Source of the DNA: Macrostomum lignano | Lineage: Eukaryota | DNA length: 64,000 nucleotides | Reading direction: 5' to 3' | Assembly: GCA_002269645.1 (NCBI GenBank) | Contig: NIVC01002033.1 | Location: 62,001 to 126,000 of the forward strand | In this document: one piece after another, positions 12,343 through 29,791 of the stretch | Layout of the letters: every line of letters starts with the position of its first letter | How positions within the stretch are numbered: position 1 is the stretch's first letter | The notes under the pieces: model-generated | Database searches by the model: none | The model's input: only the letters and a program-made list of their open reading frames with translations | Told to the model about the DNA's origin: nothing | Position numbers and translations under genes: made by a program

Positions 12343-13875
12343 TTTGGCGCCAGGATGGACATTTGGCGCGGCGATTAACAGCGCCACGATTGCTATGATT
12401 TGGCGCCACGATGGACATTTGGCGCCGCGATTAACAGCGCCACGATTGCTATGATTTGGCGCCACGAAAGACATTTGGCGCCGCGATTAACAGCGCCACG
12501 ATTGCTATGATTTGGCGCGGCGATTAACAGCGCCACGATTGCTATGCTTTGGCGCCACGATGGACATTTGGCGCGGCGATTAAAAGCGCCACGATTGCTA
12601 TGATTTGGCGCGGCGATTAACAGCGCCACGATTGCTATGATTTGGCGCTACGATGGACATTTGGCGCGGCGATTAACAGCGCCACGATTGCTATGATTTG
12701 GCGCCACGATGGACATTTGGCGCGGCGATTAACAGCGCCACGATTGCTATGATTTGGCGCTGCGATTAACAGCGCCACGATTGCTATGATTTGGCGCTAC
12801 GATGGACATTTGGCGCGGCGATTAACAGCGCCACGATTGCTATTATTTGGCGCTACGATGGACATTTGGCGCGGCGATTAACAGCGCCACGATTGCTATG
12901 ATTTGGCGCCACGATGGACATTTGGCGCCGCGATTAACAGCGCCACGATTGCTATGATTTGGCGCCACGAAAGACATTTGGCGCCGCGATTAACAGCGCC
13001 ACGATTGCTATGATTTGGCGCGGCGATTAACAGCGCCACGATTGCTATGATTTGGCGCCACGATGAACATTTGGCGCGGCGATTAGCAGCGCCACGATTG
13101 CTATGATTTGGCGCCACGATGAACATTTGGCGCGGCGATTAACAGCGCCACGATTGCTATGATTTGGCGCCACGATGAACATTTGGCGCGGCGATTAACA
13201 GCGCCACGATTGCTATGATTTAGCGCCACGATGGACATTTGGCGCGGCGATTAACAGCGCCACGATTGCTATGATTTGGCGCCACGATGGACATTTGGCG
13301 CGGCGATTAACAGCGCCACGATTGCTATGATTTGGCGCGGCGATTAACAGCGCCACGATTGCTATGATTTGGCGCGGCGATTAACAGCGCCACGATTGCT
13401 ATGATTTGGCGCCACGAAAGACATTTGGCGCCGCGATTAACAGCGCCACGATTGCTATGATTTGGCGCGGCGATTAACAGCGCCACGATTGCTATGCTTT
13501 GGCGCCACGATGGACATTTGGCGCGGCGATTAACAGCGCCACGATGGACATTTGGCGCGGCAATTAACAGCGCCACGATGGACATTTGGCGCCGCGATTA
13601 ACATCGCCACGATTGCTATGCTTTGGCGCCACGATGGACATTTGGCGCCGCGATTAACAGCGCCACGATTGCTATGCTTTGGCGCCACGATGGACATTTG
13701 GCGCCGCGATTAACAGCGCCACGATTGCTAAGATTTGGCGCCACCATGGGCATTTGGCGCCGCGATTAAGAGCGCCACGATTGCTATGATTTGGCGCCAC
13801 GATGGTTATGACTTGGTGTCACAATGGTTATGTTATGACTTGGCGCCGCAATGCCTATGTTTTGGCGCCAGGATG
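12343..13875. repeat. Same GC-rich minisatellite as 8515-8859, in inverted orientation
   Basis: Units ATTTGGCGCGGCGATTAACAGCGCCACGATTGCTATG are the reverse complement of the intron-1 array. Confidence 0.92.
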
Positions 13876-14303
13876 CTTGCCTAGGTTTTTGCGTCATTAT
13901 GGTTGTGATACACCATACAGTGTAAATGTAAATGATTATTTTTCGCGTGTATGCTCAGTCTTAATTAGTGATGTAAAGTACGCATAATACAAAGTTGGAG
14001 TTGGTTGGTTTTGAGTTGGATTTTGGAATCAGAAGTCTACTAATAGTAGAGCAACAACAGCTGCGTTTAAAAACCGATTAATATAGCAACTATTGGTGGT
14101 AATTATATATTTTAATGATAAATATTTAATTAGTATAGCTTTATGACCTGTAGTAGCTTGTTACAAATCAAAATTCCTTACAAAAATTACTTCGTTGATT
14201 TGTAAAATTAAACAGTGCGACACCCAATTTTCATGTATAAAAATAATAATTGAGACTACGACATGGAAGCCTGTTGGTTATGAAGATGTCATTAGCAGTG
14301 TGT

Positions 14304-15114
14304 CTATGAACGGAAGTTCTCCACTCCGGCCTGGGTCATGAGGTCTGCCACATTGCGCTCCAGTTCGTCGATGCGGCGACCCATCTCGTCGATGCGACCG
14401 GTGATCTTGTCGCTGGTGTGGTTGAAATTGTCGGATAGGCCCTGCAGCAGCGACTGGAGCTGTTTTTTATAAGGGGAGGGGGGTTGGCGGTACACAGTTG
14501 GCGCTTTATTTTTATAGCATCTGGCTCCCTTTGATGTTCGCCGCTATCAATGTAGTCGTCCGCTTGTTAATAAACCTTAAGGCAGTTTGCCCATTCCACT
14601 GCCTCCTGAGCACATAGGTGTGAAGCGGCCTTGGCTTTCTAATCGACATTCTCTTGTGCATTGGAGGTTAATTGGCCCTCATGGGTGTGAATCGCACCCG
14701 ACAGCCCCTTGGCCATAAATTAATTATGTTGGCTGCGATCACTGAATCGAACTATGCAAGCCGGGGGTCATGCCGAGAGTCGTCCCTATTCCCCTTTGAT
14801 GTTCGCCGCTATATATAGTGCCCCCATTAAATCTTTCCATGACTTTAATAAAGCCGATTTTGGTCTCTATTACTGCCCTACTGAAAAGTAGAACGCATGC
14901 TTGTACAGTTGGTTAATTAATTAAACGAATGTGGGCCAAGGTCTCAGTCGTGAAAATTAGACAATCGGCCTGGGGTGGGTTGAACTAATTAATCAGAAAT
15001 TCGTGCTAGAATGTCTGGAGATCCAGTGCACCAACTCACATGATTTGTGAGCTCATTGACGCTGCCAGGATCAGCGATGCCGAATGATTTGTCCTTGGCG
15101 TAGTCTGAAGACAT
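14304..15114 (-). CDS. HSBP1: Heat shock factor-binding protein 1
   Basis: Exons 15114-15040 and 14459-14304 (GT-AG, phase 0). 76 aa: MSSDYAKDKSFGIADPGSVNELTNH|LQSLLQGLSDNFNHTSDKITGRIDEMGRRIDELERNVADLMTQAGVENFRS, matching the HSBP1 coiled-coil signature. Confidence 0.93.
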
Positions 15115-15324
15115 GATGACGATGCGGTGTATGTTGAACGAGTCCTCTCCGAAATACTCTTTTCGTTTTGAGAATAGCAGATGCGCTTGGCTGCTGCTGC
15201 TGTTGAGCAGCTTAAAAGCAAAGCTTTTGGCTTGGGTAAGAAAGGACGCTTGATGGGGTGGGTGACCGACCCTCTCTGTGTCTGACGTGCAGCCTTTTCT
15301 CAATGCTGTATATGGTCCCGTTTG

Positions 15325-15419
<95 letters not shown>
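15325..15419. repeat. (CT)n/(GA)n microsatellite upstream of HSBP1
   Basis: Pure dinucleotide run about 210-300 bp 5' of the HSBP1 ATG. Confidence 0.95.
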
Positions 15420-15421
<2 letters not shown>

Positions 15422-16246
15422 GCTAAGCCACTTACATCTGCAACTATTCTGGTTGCCATTGGTTACCAGGCGCGGCTGGCTAAGTTTTGTTCGAGCAGAG
15501 ACGAAAAGAAAATTTTCTCTCTCTCTCTATTTTACTTCCTCTGGATCTAAGAGTTTGAGCAGCATTTTTCGAACCCAGCTACTTCTTTTTCTCTCGCATC
15601 TTGGATTATAATTAATTACCGAATCTCTCAACTGGCTCTCAGAAATTCGTTAGAACTCGCGCGACCTCCCCTGTTTGTTCTCGGTGGAATAATTCTCTTT
15701 AACCAGCAAACAATAGGAAAATTCTAACAATTTACTATTTTTTCTACTAGTTGCTTCTAGCTTCAGTAGGATAATACGCGTACTATAAGTATATTTCCGT
15801 TTTTTGTTTCAAAAATTCAGTTTTAGTTTATCTAGACTGGTACAGCTGTACAGTATTGATTTATTTCTACATCTCCCTACCGAACAATGTATGCACTGAG
15901 CACTTCCTCTATTTTCAACCCCAATAGCATCTAAAACTTTGCATTGACTGACAAGACAAGAAAGTTTCACCTGCTGTCAATTCGGTATTGTTCCTGGCGT
16001 GAGACAAGTGAGCGAGCGATCCTTTTCAACGCGTGGCAAACAAGAAGCAGGTGTCTGTTGTGTACTTTTTCTAGTTCTGGTTTGACTAAGGCTGTATCGC
16101 TGGAAATATAGCTTGGTGTGTGTTGACACGGAGTCAACTCAATGATTTTATGCTTTCATAATCTTTTTTTAGCTTTTTGAGGAACTTTTTTATGGTTCTG
16201 TAGTCAGTTGTTTGATCATTAGGTTATATGAGAGACAGTGAAAGTT

Positions 16247-17096
16247 AGGTGGGAGGGTAGCGGTGACTCACTGAAAGACAGGTGGGAGGGTAGCGGTGAT
16301 TCACTGAGAGACAGGTGGGAGGGTAGCGGTGACTCACTGAGAGACAGGTGGGAGGGTAGCGGTGACTCACTGAGAGACAGGTGGAAGGGTAGCGGTGACT
16401 CACTGAGAGACAGGTGGAAGGGTAGCGGTGACTCACTGAGAGACAGGTGGGAGGGTAGCGGTGACTCACTGAGAGACAGGTGGGAGGGTAGCGGTGACTC
16501 ACTGAGAGACAGGTGGGAGGGTAGCGGTGACTCACTGAGAGACAGGTGGAAGGGTAGCGGTGACTCACTGAGAGACAGGTGGGAGGGTAGCGGTGACTCA
16601 CTGAGAGACAGGTGGAAGGGTAGCGGTGACTCACTGAGAGACAGGTGGGAGGGTAGCGGTGACTCACTGAGAGACAGGTAGGAGGGTAGTGGTGACTCAC
16701 TGAGAGACAGGTGGGAGGGTAGCGGTGACTCACTGATAGACAGGTAGGAGGGTAGTGGTGACTCGCTGAGAGACAGGTGGGAGGGTAGCGGTGACTCACT
16801 GAGAGACAGGTGGGAGGGTAGCGGTGACTCACTGAGAGACAGATGGGAGGGTAGCGGTGACTCACTGAGAGACAGCTGGGAGGGTAGCGGTAACTCACTG
16901 AGAGACAGATGGGAGGGTAGCGGTAACTCACTGATAGACAGGTGAGAGGTAGCGGTGACTAACTGAGAGACAGGTAGGAGGGTAGCGGTGACTCACTGAG
17001 AGACAGGTGGGAGGGTAGCGGTGACTCACTGATAGACAGGTGGGAGGGTAGCGGTGACTCACTGATAGACAGGTAGGAGGGTAGCGGTGACTCGCT
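16247..17096. repeat. 33-bp minisatellite
   Basis: Unit GGTGGGAGGGTAGCGGTGACTCACTGAGAGACA; source of the WEGSGDSLRDR ORF artefact. Confidence 0.95.
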
Positions 17097-17716
17097 CAAG
17101 GCCCAGTAGTGGATAGCTGACTCTAATTTATCCTGGGCTCAATAATATCTTACGATAAACTTATTCTACGTTTTGCAATTGTTACAAGATGACTCAATTG
17201 GTTAAGCTCGTGTTGTTTAACTCCACAGGTGATATTTACAAGTTCGGTTACGCGTGTACCGCATGCATGCCTGCATCAGGTAGCAAAGCTGTCGATCTCA
17301 ATCACGGCCAGCATCAATCTTATTCAATCTACACACTTCCTCTCGAAATAAAGAGAAGAAAATGCAGTCGGAAAAACTCCCACGTAGTATTTTGTAAGCA
17401 AAAATTTATTTTTAATGCGCGGATGAGTGTGAAAACATCCTCTCTCTCTCTCTCTCTTAAGCGTTGTGCAGCATGCGATTTAAGCAGCCTCTCCCTGTCA
17501 TCCACTTCAAGCAGAGTGAACGCTCCAGTCTGCCCGTGAGAATCCGTCTGGGATTGGCTGTTGCCTGCCTCCTATAGCACGTGTTCTCAAGCGCCACCGG
17601 ATTCGCGCTCACAGTTGAAATAGAATTCCAGTTCATCTGTTGCTCACCGCTGCCTGCTTGCTGCCTAAGGGTGTTGAGTTCTTTCAATTTTACGAGCTAA
17701 TTCCGCATAATACCGC

Positions 17717-17899
17717 ATGGGCAACTCTCAGGCGGCTGTGTCAACCTCCGGCTTCGGGACAGGGCACGGAGATTCAAAGAATCGCCATGGCAACGCTGAT
17801 CACGTGGCCGTCTCTATGGAGATTCGGGACAGCGGCGAGGTCGGCTTCGGGGGCGACGGCTGGGGCGACTGCGGAGTGGCTGGAGATGGCAAACTGCGG
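17717..17899 (+). CDS. Putative first coding exon (61 codons, MGNSQ...GKLR), possibly an alternative N-terminus of the downstream ion channel
   Basis: ATG in CGCATGG context, GC-rich open frame, phase-0 donor CGG|GTGAGA immediately followed by a (TCTG)n array as in other introns here. The link to a downstream exon is unproven. Confidence 0.45.
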
Positions 17900-17906
17900 G
17901 TGAGAA

Positions 17907-18616
<710 letters not shown>

Positions 18617-19267
18617 CATCTCATGTCAGTTCAGTTCTGTCCCACACGCATCCGCAGCGCAGAAGCAATCAAATTAAAATCCGCCATCTTCAGCTTTTGA
18701 AATCAAACGAGAATTTAGGCAGGAACTGTAAACAATTTCTGCTTAATTCTTACTTTTAGATTGTCTAAAAATACTGCATGCCACTCCATACTTACTCCAC
18801 CGAGTGGTTGAGCAAAATATTTTGTTAAAAAAACAGCGCTCCACTTAGCAGATGCATTTTTTCTCCAGCCGTGTTCCAGACTGAATCGCTGCATTCTCTA
18901 AATTGCCCAGCGGCTACCCGCATAAAAGTGCATATCGTTAGCGAGTCGCCTCAGCTGCTTGTTTTCTCTACGAGTGCTTTTATTGTCGAATAATAATGGC
19001 GTAGTAGATTTTTTTTATCGTAAGTGCCGCGATTCCCTGCGGGGGGCGGCTTTGCAATAGACTGCATGGAAGGCCACATTCATAAAGACTGTAATTAGTA
19101 TGCAGTTCTGGCTGCTTCACTGTGAAAATAATCATGCCACATCTGCTGCTTAAACTCGGGCCCGGGGCTGACTGAGGTGATATGAATTTCTAAAGAAGCA
19201 TAGATGAACTGAAACAGTGGATTGACAGCATCTTTTTGTTATGGTAGTATGAGGAACGAGACAACTT

Positions 19268-21020
19268 TGTGAGATTGAGTCGGGGTGAGATTGAGTCAGG
19301 GTGAGATTGTGTCAGGGTGAGATTGTGTCAGGGTGAGATTGAGTCAGGGTGAGATTGAGTCAGGGTGAGATTGAGTTGGGGTGAGATTGAGTCAGGGTGA
19401 GATTGAGTCAGGGTGAGATTGAGTCAGAGAGAGATTAAGCCAGGGTGAGATTGATTCAGGGTGAGATTGAGTCGGGGTGAGTTTGAGTCAGGGTGAGATT
19501 GAGTCAGGGTGAGATTGAGTCAGGGCGAGATTGAGTCAGGGTGAGATTGAGTCAGGGTGAGATTGATTCAGGGTGAGATTGAGTCAGGGTGAGATTGAGT
19601 TGGGGTGAGATTGAGTCGGGGTGAGATTGAGTCGGGGTGAGATTGAGTCAGGGTGAGATTGAGTCAGGGTGAGATTGATTCAGGGTGAGATTGAGTCAGG
19701 GTGAGATTGAGTTGGGGTGAGATTGAGTCAGGGTGAGATTGAGTCAGGGTGAGATTGAGTCGGGGCGATATTGAGTCAGGGTGAGATTGAGTTGGGGTGA
19801 GATTGAATCGGGGTGAGATTGAGTCAGGGCGATATTGAGTCAGGGTGAGATTGAGTCGGGGCGATATTGAGTCAGGGTGAGATTGAGTTGGGGTGAGATT
19901 GAATCGGGGTGAGATTGAGTCAGGGCGATATTGAGTCAGGGTGAGATTGAGTCAGGGCGAGATTGAGTCAGGGTGAGATTGAATCGGGGTGAGATTGAGT
20001 CAGGGTGAGATTGATTCAGGGTGAGATTGAGTCGGGGTGAGATTGAGTCAGTGTGTGATTGGGTCAGGGTGAGATTGAGTCAGGGTGAGATTGAATCGGG
20101 GTGAGATTGAGTCAGGGTGAGATTGATTCAGGGTGAGATTGAGTCGGGGTGAGATTGAGTCAGTGTGTGATTGGGTCAGGGTGAGATTGAGTCAGGGTGA
20201 GATTGAGTCAGTGTGTGATTGGGTCAGGGTGAGATTGAGTCAGGGTGAGATTGAATCGGGGTGAGATTGAGTCAGGGCGATATTGAGTCAGGGTGAGATT
20301 GAGTCAGGGCGAGATTGAGTCAGGGTGAGATTGAATCGGGGTGAGATTGAGTCAGGGTGAGATTGATTCAGGGTGAGATTGAGTCGGGGTGAGATTGAGT
20401 CAGTGTGTGATTGGGTCAGGGTGAGATTGAGTCAGGGTGAGATTGAATCGGGGTGAGATTGAGTCAGGGTGAGATTGATTCAGGGTGAGATTGAGTCGGG
20501 GTGAGATTGAGTCAGTGTGTGATTGGGTCAGGGTGAGATTGAGTCAGGGTGAGATTGAGTCAGTGTGTGATTGGGTCAGGGTGAGATTGAGTCAGGGTGA
20601 GATTGAATCGGGGTGAGATTGAGTCAGGGCGATATTGAGTCAGGGTGAGATTGAGTCAGGGCGAGATTGAGTCAGGGTGAGATTAAATCGGGGTGAGATT
20701 GAGTCAGGGTGAGATTGATTCAGGGTGTGATTGAGTCGGGGTGAGATTGAGTCGGGGTGAGATTGAGTCAGGGTGAGATTGAGTCAGGGCGAGATTGAGT
20801 CGGGGTGAGATTGAGTCAGGGCGAGATTGAGTCAGGGTGACATTGAGTCAGGGCGAGATTGAGTCAGAGTGAGATTGAGTCAGGGTGAGATTGATTCAGG
20901 GTGACATTGAGTCAGGGCGAGATTGAGTCAGAGTGAGATTGAGTCAGGGTGAGATTGATTCAGGGTGAGATTGAGTCGGGGTGAGATTGAGTCAGTGTGT
21001 GATTGGGTCAGGGTGGGATT
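19268..21020. repeat. 15-bp minisatellite
   Basis: Unit GGGTGAGATTGAGTC(A/G) with recurring variant blocks. Confidence 0.95.
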
Positions 21021-21062
21021 TGTCAGAATGTGAAAGAGAGGTTAACGTACGATAAATATTGA

Positions 21063-21372
21063 GGATAATGTGGAGTGAAGATTGAGGATCATGTGCAGTG
21101 AAGACTGAGGATCATGTGCAGGGAAGATTGAGGATCTTGTGGAGTGAAGACTGAGGATCATTTGCAGGGAAGACTGACTATCATGTGCAGTGAAGACTGA
21201 GGATCATGTGCAGGGAAGATTGAGGATCATGTGGAGTGAAGATTGAGGATCAAGTGCAGTGAAGACTGAGGATCATGTGCAGGGAAGACTGAGGATCATG
21301 TGCAGTGAAGACTGAGGATCATGTGCAGGGAAGATTGAGGATCATGTGCAGTGAAGATTGAGGATCATGTGC
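21063..21372. repeat. About 23-bp minisatellite
   Basis: Unit GTGAAGA(T/C)TGAGGATCATGTGCA. Confidence 0.9.
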
Positions 21373-21844
21373 TGGGGAGATTGGGAACCGTGAAACAAAG
21401 GAGGCTGGAATACGTGTAGTGTGTTAATTAAAAAAATCACGTGATCAGAACTCTTCTCACGCAAGCTTGCGTGACAGACCAGTTTGATCAACCAAGCAGA
21501 AGGTATCACTTGGTTGAAAAATTCTACTCTAGAAGGAAATTCACACGCCAAAGAAATTACGCAAACATTGCACAGCGTGATGCATCTGGACCAGATTTTC
21601 GACATCCGGGACGGCGACTTCTCCGAGTAAAAAAACGTCCTCGTTTGCGGATTTTCCAGCTCCTGCTAGTGATTTTATTTTTTTATAATCATCCTTCTAA
21701 ATGTCTTAATTGATGAAATTTTCAAAGCACTTTGACTACACGGAGTGCTAGAGTGTAGGAAGGAGTGAAATACTGAAGGAGGGAGTGTGACAGAGTGAAG
21801 AAAATGTAGAATGAAAGAGGAAGGGTTAAAGTAAAATTTGGAGT

Positions 21845-22318
21845 GATAAGAGTGACAGAGAATGTGCCAGAGTGAAAGATATAGTGATAGAGTGACGGAG
21901 AGTGTGCCAGAGTGAAAGAGATCGTGATAGAGTGACGGAGAGTGTACCAGAGTGAAAGAGATCGTGATAGAGTGACGGAGAGTGTACCAGAGTGAAAGAG
22001 ATCGTGATAGAGTGACGGAGAGTGTACCAGAGTGAAAGATATAGTGATAGAGTGACGGAGAGTGTGCCAGAGTGAAATATATAGTGATAGAGTGATGGAG
22101 AGTGTACCAGAGTGAAAGAGATCGTGATAGAGTGACGGAGAGTGTACCAGAGTGAAAGAGATCGTGATAGAGTGACGGAGAGTGTACCAGAGTGAAAGAG
22201 ATCGTGATAGAGTGACGGAGAGTGTACCAGAGTGAAAGATATAGTGATAGAGTGACGGAGAGTGTGCCAGAGTGAAATATATAGTGATAGAGTGACGGAG
22301 AGTGTGCCAGAGTGAAAA
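21845..22318. repeat. 40-bp minisatellite
   Basis: Unit AGTGAAAGAGATCGTGATAGAGTGACGGAGAGTGTACCAG. Confidence 0.92.
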
Positions 22319-22969
22319 ATGGAGTGAACCAGTCCCTCAGTAAATCACAAAGCAACGCAACTGCGGATTCGATGACGCCCTTTTCCCATTCCCCATCCTC
22401 AGCCTCCTATTGAATTTACCGCATCCCAGCCACTCAGTTAATAAAAGTACAGTCGCACTGTACGTACGCGATCAATTCAAGATCCAGTTTACTCCTAGCT
22501 CGTTTTTACGACTGCTTTCTCTTTCTCAATCAGCCAGTCTCTCTCTCTCTCCATCTCCCTTGGCGAATCACTAATTGACTAACAGACTGAGCATAGAGAC
22601 ATTGAGGATGGAGGAGAGAGGATAGAGAGAAAATGACATTTTAGCACCAAACCCGGGAGCTAATTAACCATGCACTGCCGCATCAATAGTACCGATGCAA
22701 TATGCAGCTCAATCTGAGGCTATAAGCTCATATTTCCTATGCGATTAATAGCATTGACTAACTTACTGCATTTGCTAAGTGAATCAGTCAGAACTTATAG
22801 TCAGCGCGTGTTGATTTCTGTACAGATTTTGCATTGGCTAAGCAAATACTGCACGGCCGTGTATGCACTCGCGGATTATGTAGACGCCTTACCATCTCAA
22901 TGCAGTTTAGCTGGATTTGGGTGTTTTATTGAGAGCCGGTTCATTTGGGAATAGAAAAAGCACGTTTCT

Positions 22970-25125
22970 TAGCCCACTCAGCTCTGAGGATTTTAGCGCC
23001 ACTCAGCCCTGAGGATTTTAGCGCCACTCAGCTCTGAGGATTTTGGCGCCACTCAGCTCTGAGGATTTTAACGCCACTCAGCTTTGAGGATTTTAGCGCC
23101 ACTCAGCCCTGAGGATTTTAGCGCCAATCAGCTCTGAGGATTTTAGCGCCACTCAGCTCTGAGGATTTTAGCGCCACTCAGCTCTGAGGATTTTAGCCCC
23201 ACTCAGCTCTGAGGATTTTAGCGCCAATCAGCTCTGAGGATTTTAGCGCCACTCAGCTCTGAGGATTTTAGCGCCACTCAGCTCTGAGGATTTTAGCCCC
23301 ACTCAGCTTTGAGGATTTTAGCGCCAATCAGCTCTGAGGATTTTAGCGCCACTCAGCTTTGAGGATTTTAGCGCCACTCAGCTTTGAGGACTTTAGCGCC
23401 ACTCAGCTTTGAGGATTTTAGCGCCAATCAGCTCTGAGGATTTTAGCGCCACTCAGCTTTGAGGATTTTAGCGCCACTCAGCCCTGAGGACTTTAGCGCC
23501 ACTCAGCTTTGAGGATTTTAGCGCCACTCAGCCCTGAGGATTTTAGCGCCACTCAGCTTTGAGGATTTTAGCGCCACTCAGCTTTGAGGATTTTAGCGCC
23601 ACTCAGCTTTGAGGATTTTAGCGAAACTCAGCTTTGAGGATTTTAGCGCCACTCAGCTTTGAGGATTTTAGCGCCACTCAGCTTTGAGGACTTTAGCGCC
23701 ACTCAGCTTTGAGGATTTTAGCGCCACTCAGCTTTGAGGATTTTAGCGCCACTCAGCTTTGAGGAATTGAGCGCCACTCAGCTTTGAGGATTTTAGCGCC
23801 ACTCAGCTTTGAGGGTTTTAGGGGGGCCACTTAGCTTTGAGGACTTTAGCCCCACTCAGCTTTGAGGATTTTAGAGGGGCCACTTAGCTTTGAGGACTTT
23901 AGCCCCACTCAGCTTTGAGGATTTTAGGGGGGCCACTTTGCTTTGAGGACTTTAGCCCCACTCAGCTCTGAGGATTTTAGCGCCAATCAGCTCTGAGGAT
24001 TTTAGCGCCACTCAGCTCTGAGGATTTTAGCGCCACTCAGCTCTGAGGATTTTAGCCCCACTCAGCTTTGAGGATTTTAGCGCCAATCAGCTCTGAGGAT
24101 TTTAGCGCCACTCAGCTTTGAGGATTTTAGCGCCACTCAGCTTTGAGGACTTTAGCGCCACTCAGCTTTGAGGATTTTAGCGCCAATCAGCTCTGAGGAT
24201 TTTAGCGCCACTCAGCTTTGAGGATTTTAGCGCCACTCAGCCCTGAGGACTTTAGCGCCACTCAGCTTTGAGGATTTTAGCGCCACTCAGCCCTGAGGAT
24301 TTTAGCGCCACTCAGCTTTGAGGATTTTAGCGCCACTCAGCTTTGAGGATTTTAGCGCCACTCAGCTTTGAGGATTTTAGCGAAACTCAGCTTTGAGGAT
24401 TTTAGCGCCACTCAGCTTTGAGGATTTTAGCGCCACTCAGCTTTGAGGACTTTAGCGCCACTCAGCTTTGAGGATTTTAGCGCCACTCAGCTTTGAGGAT
24501 TTTAGCGCCACTCAGCTTTGAGGAATTGAGCGCCACTCAGCTTTGAGGATTTTAGCGCCACTCAGCTTTGAGGGTTTTAGGGGGGCCACTTAGCTTTGAG
24601 GACTTTAGCCCCACTCAGCTTTGAGGATTTTAGAGGGGCCACTTAGCTTTGAGGACTTTAGCCCCACTCAGCTTTGAGGATTTTAGGGGGGCCACTTTGC
24701 TTTGAGGACTTTAGCCCCACTCAGCTTTGAGGATTTTGGCGTCACTTAGCTCTGAGGATTTTGGCGCCACTCAGCCCTGAGGATTTTAGCGCCACTCAGC
24801 TTTGAGGACTTTAGCGCCACTCAGCCCTGAGGAATTTAGCGCCACTCAGCCCTGAGGATTTTAGCGCCACTCAGCTTTGAGGAGTTTAGCGCCACTCAGC
24901 TTTGAGGACTTTAGCGCCACTCAGCTTTGAGGATTTTAGCGCCACTCAGCTTTGAGGATTTTAGCGCCAATCAGCTCTGAGGATTTTAGCCCCACTCAGC
25001 TCTGAGTATTTTGACGCCACTCAGCCCTGAGGATTTTAGCGCCACTCAGCCCTGAGGATTTTAGCGCCACTCAGCCCTGAGGATTTTAGCGCCACTCAGC
25101 CCTGAGCATTTTAGCGCCACTCAGC
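22970..25125. repeat. 25-bp minisatellite with internal higher-order duplication
   Basis: Unit TTTTAGCGCCACTCAGCTTTGAGGA. Diagnostic variants (GCGAAACTCA, GGGGGCCACTT blocks) recur about 759 bp apart. Confidence 0.95.
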
Positions 25126-25727
25126 ATTCGAATAAAGTTTGCTTCAGAAAACTTTGATAAAACGCAAGTGTTTACTTATAGTAGGCTATCAAGGCGTGAT
25201 AAATTCTATCGGTAATTTCACAATTACGAGTTCAACATAATATTCAATAAATCATAAATCAATAATAAAATCAAGATTTAGCTGGTAATTTGACCGAATA
25301 TAATTCGTGCTTTACAAACGCATTAGGAATTAATAGAAGATTAATCGCGTATACTCGTCTGCATAGAAATAGACAAGAAACAGAGCAGTAATATGAGCTA
25401 CCATGTACAGTGCGCTCAGGGACAGAGAGAAACGAACACAGTGTGAGCAGCACTTGCGCTCACAAGGCACCTCTAGTTGGATTGAAAGAGAGGAATAAAC
25501 GGGACTGAACACAAGTATTGCTGAGGTGGATTGGCCGACCAGGGCAGGGGGATCAATAACTCGTAGGCGATACGGATCTGCCTGCTCAGGAACCAAAGTG
25601 CGCATAGCCGAATTCCAACCCTCCCCCCCCCCCTACTCGCATAAGACGATTTTTCTATTTTCCATGGCAAGTCTTTAAGAATGTGCGAAGTTCTTTGAAT
25701 TCTCTGGCGTGATTGCTGTACGCCAAA

Positions 25728-29791
<4,064 letters not shown>

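Noticed and set aside
17760-17890. Minus-strand terminal exon reading LPSPATPQSPQPSPPKPTSPLSRISIETAT*
   Set aside because: No upstream minus-strand exons found; the plus-strand reading with ATG and canonical donor is better supported.
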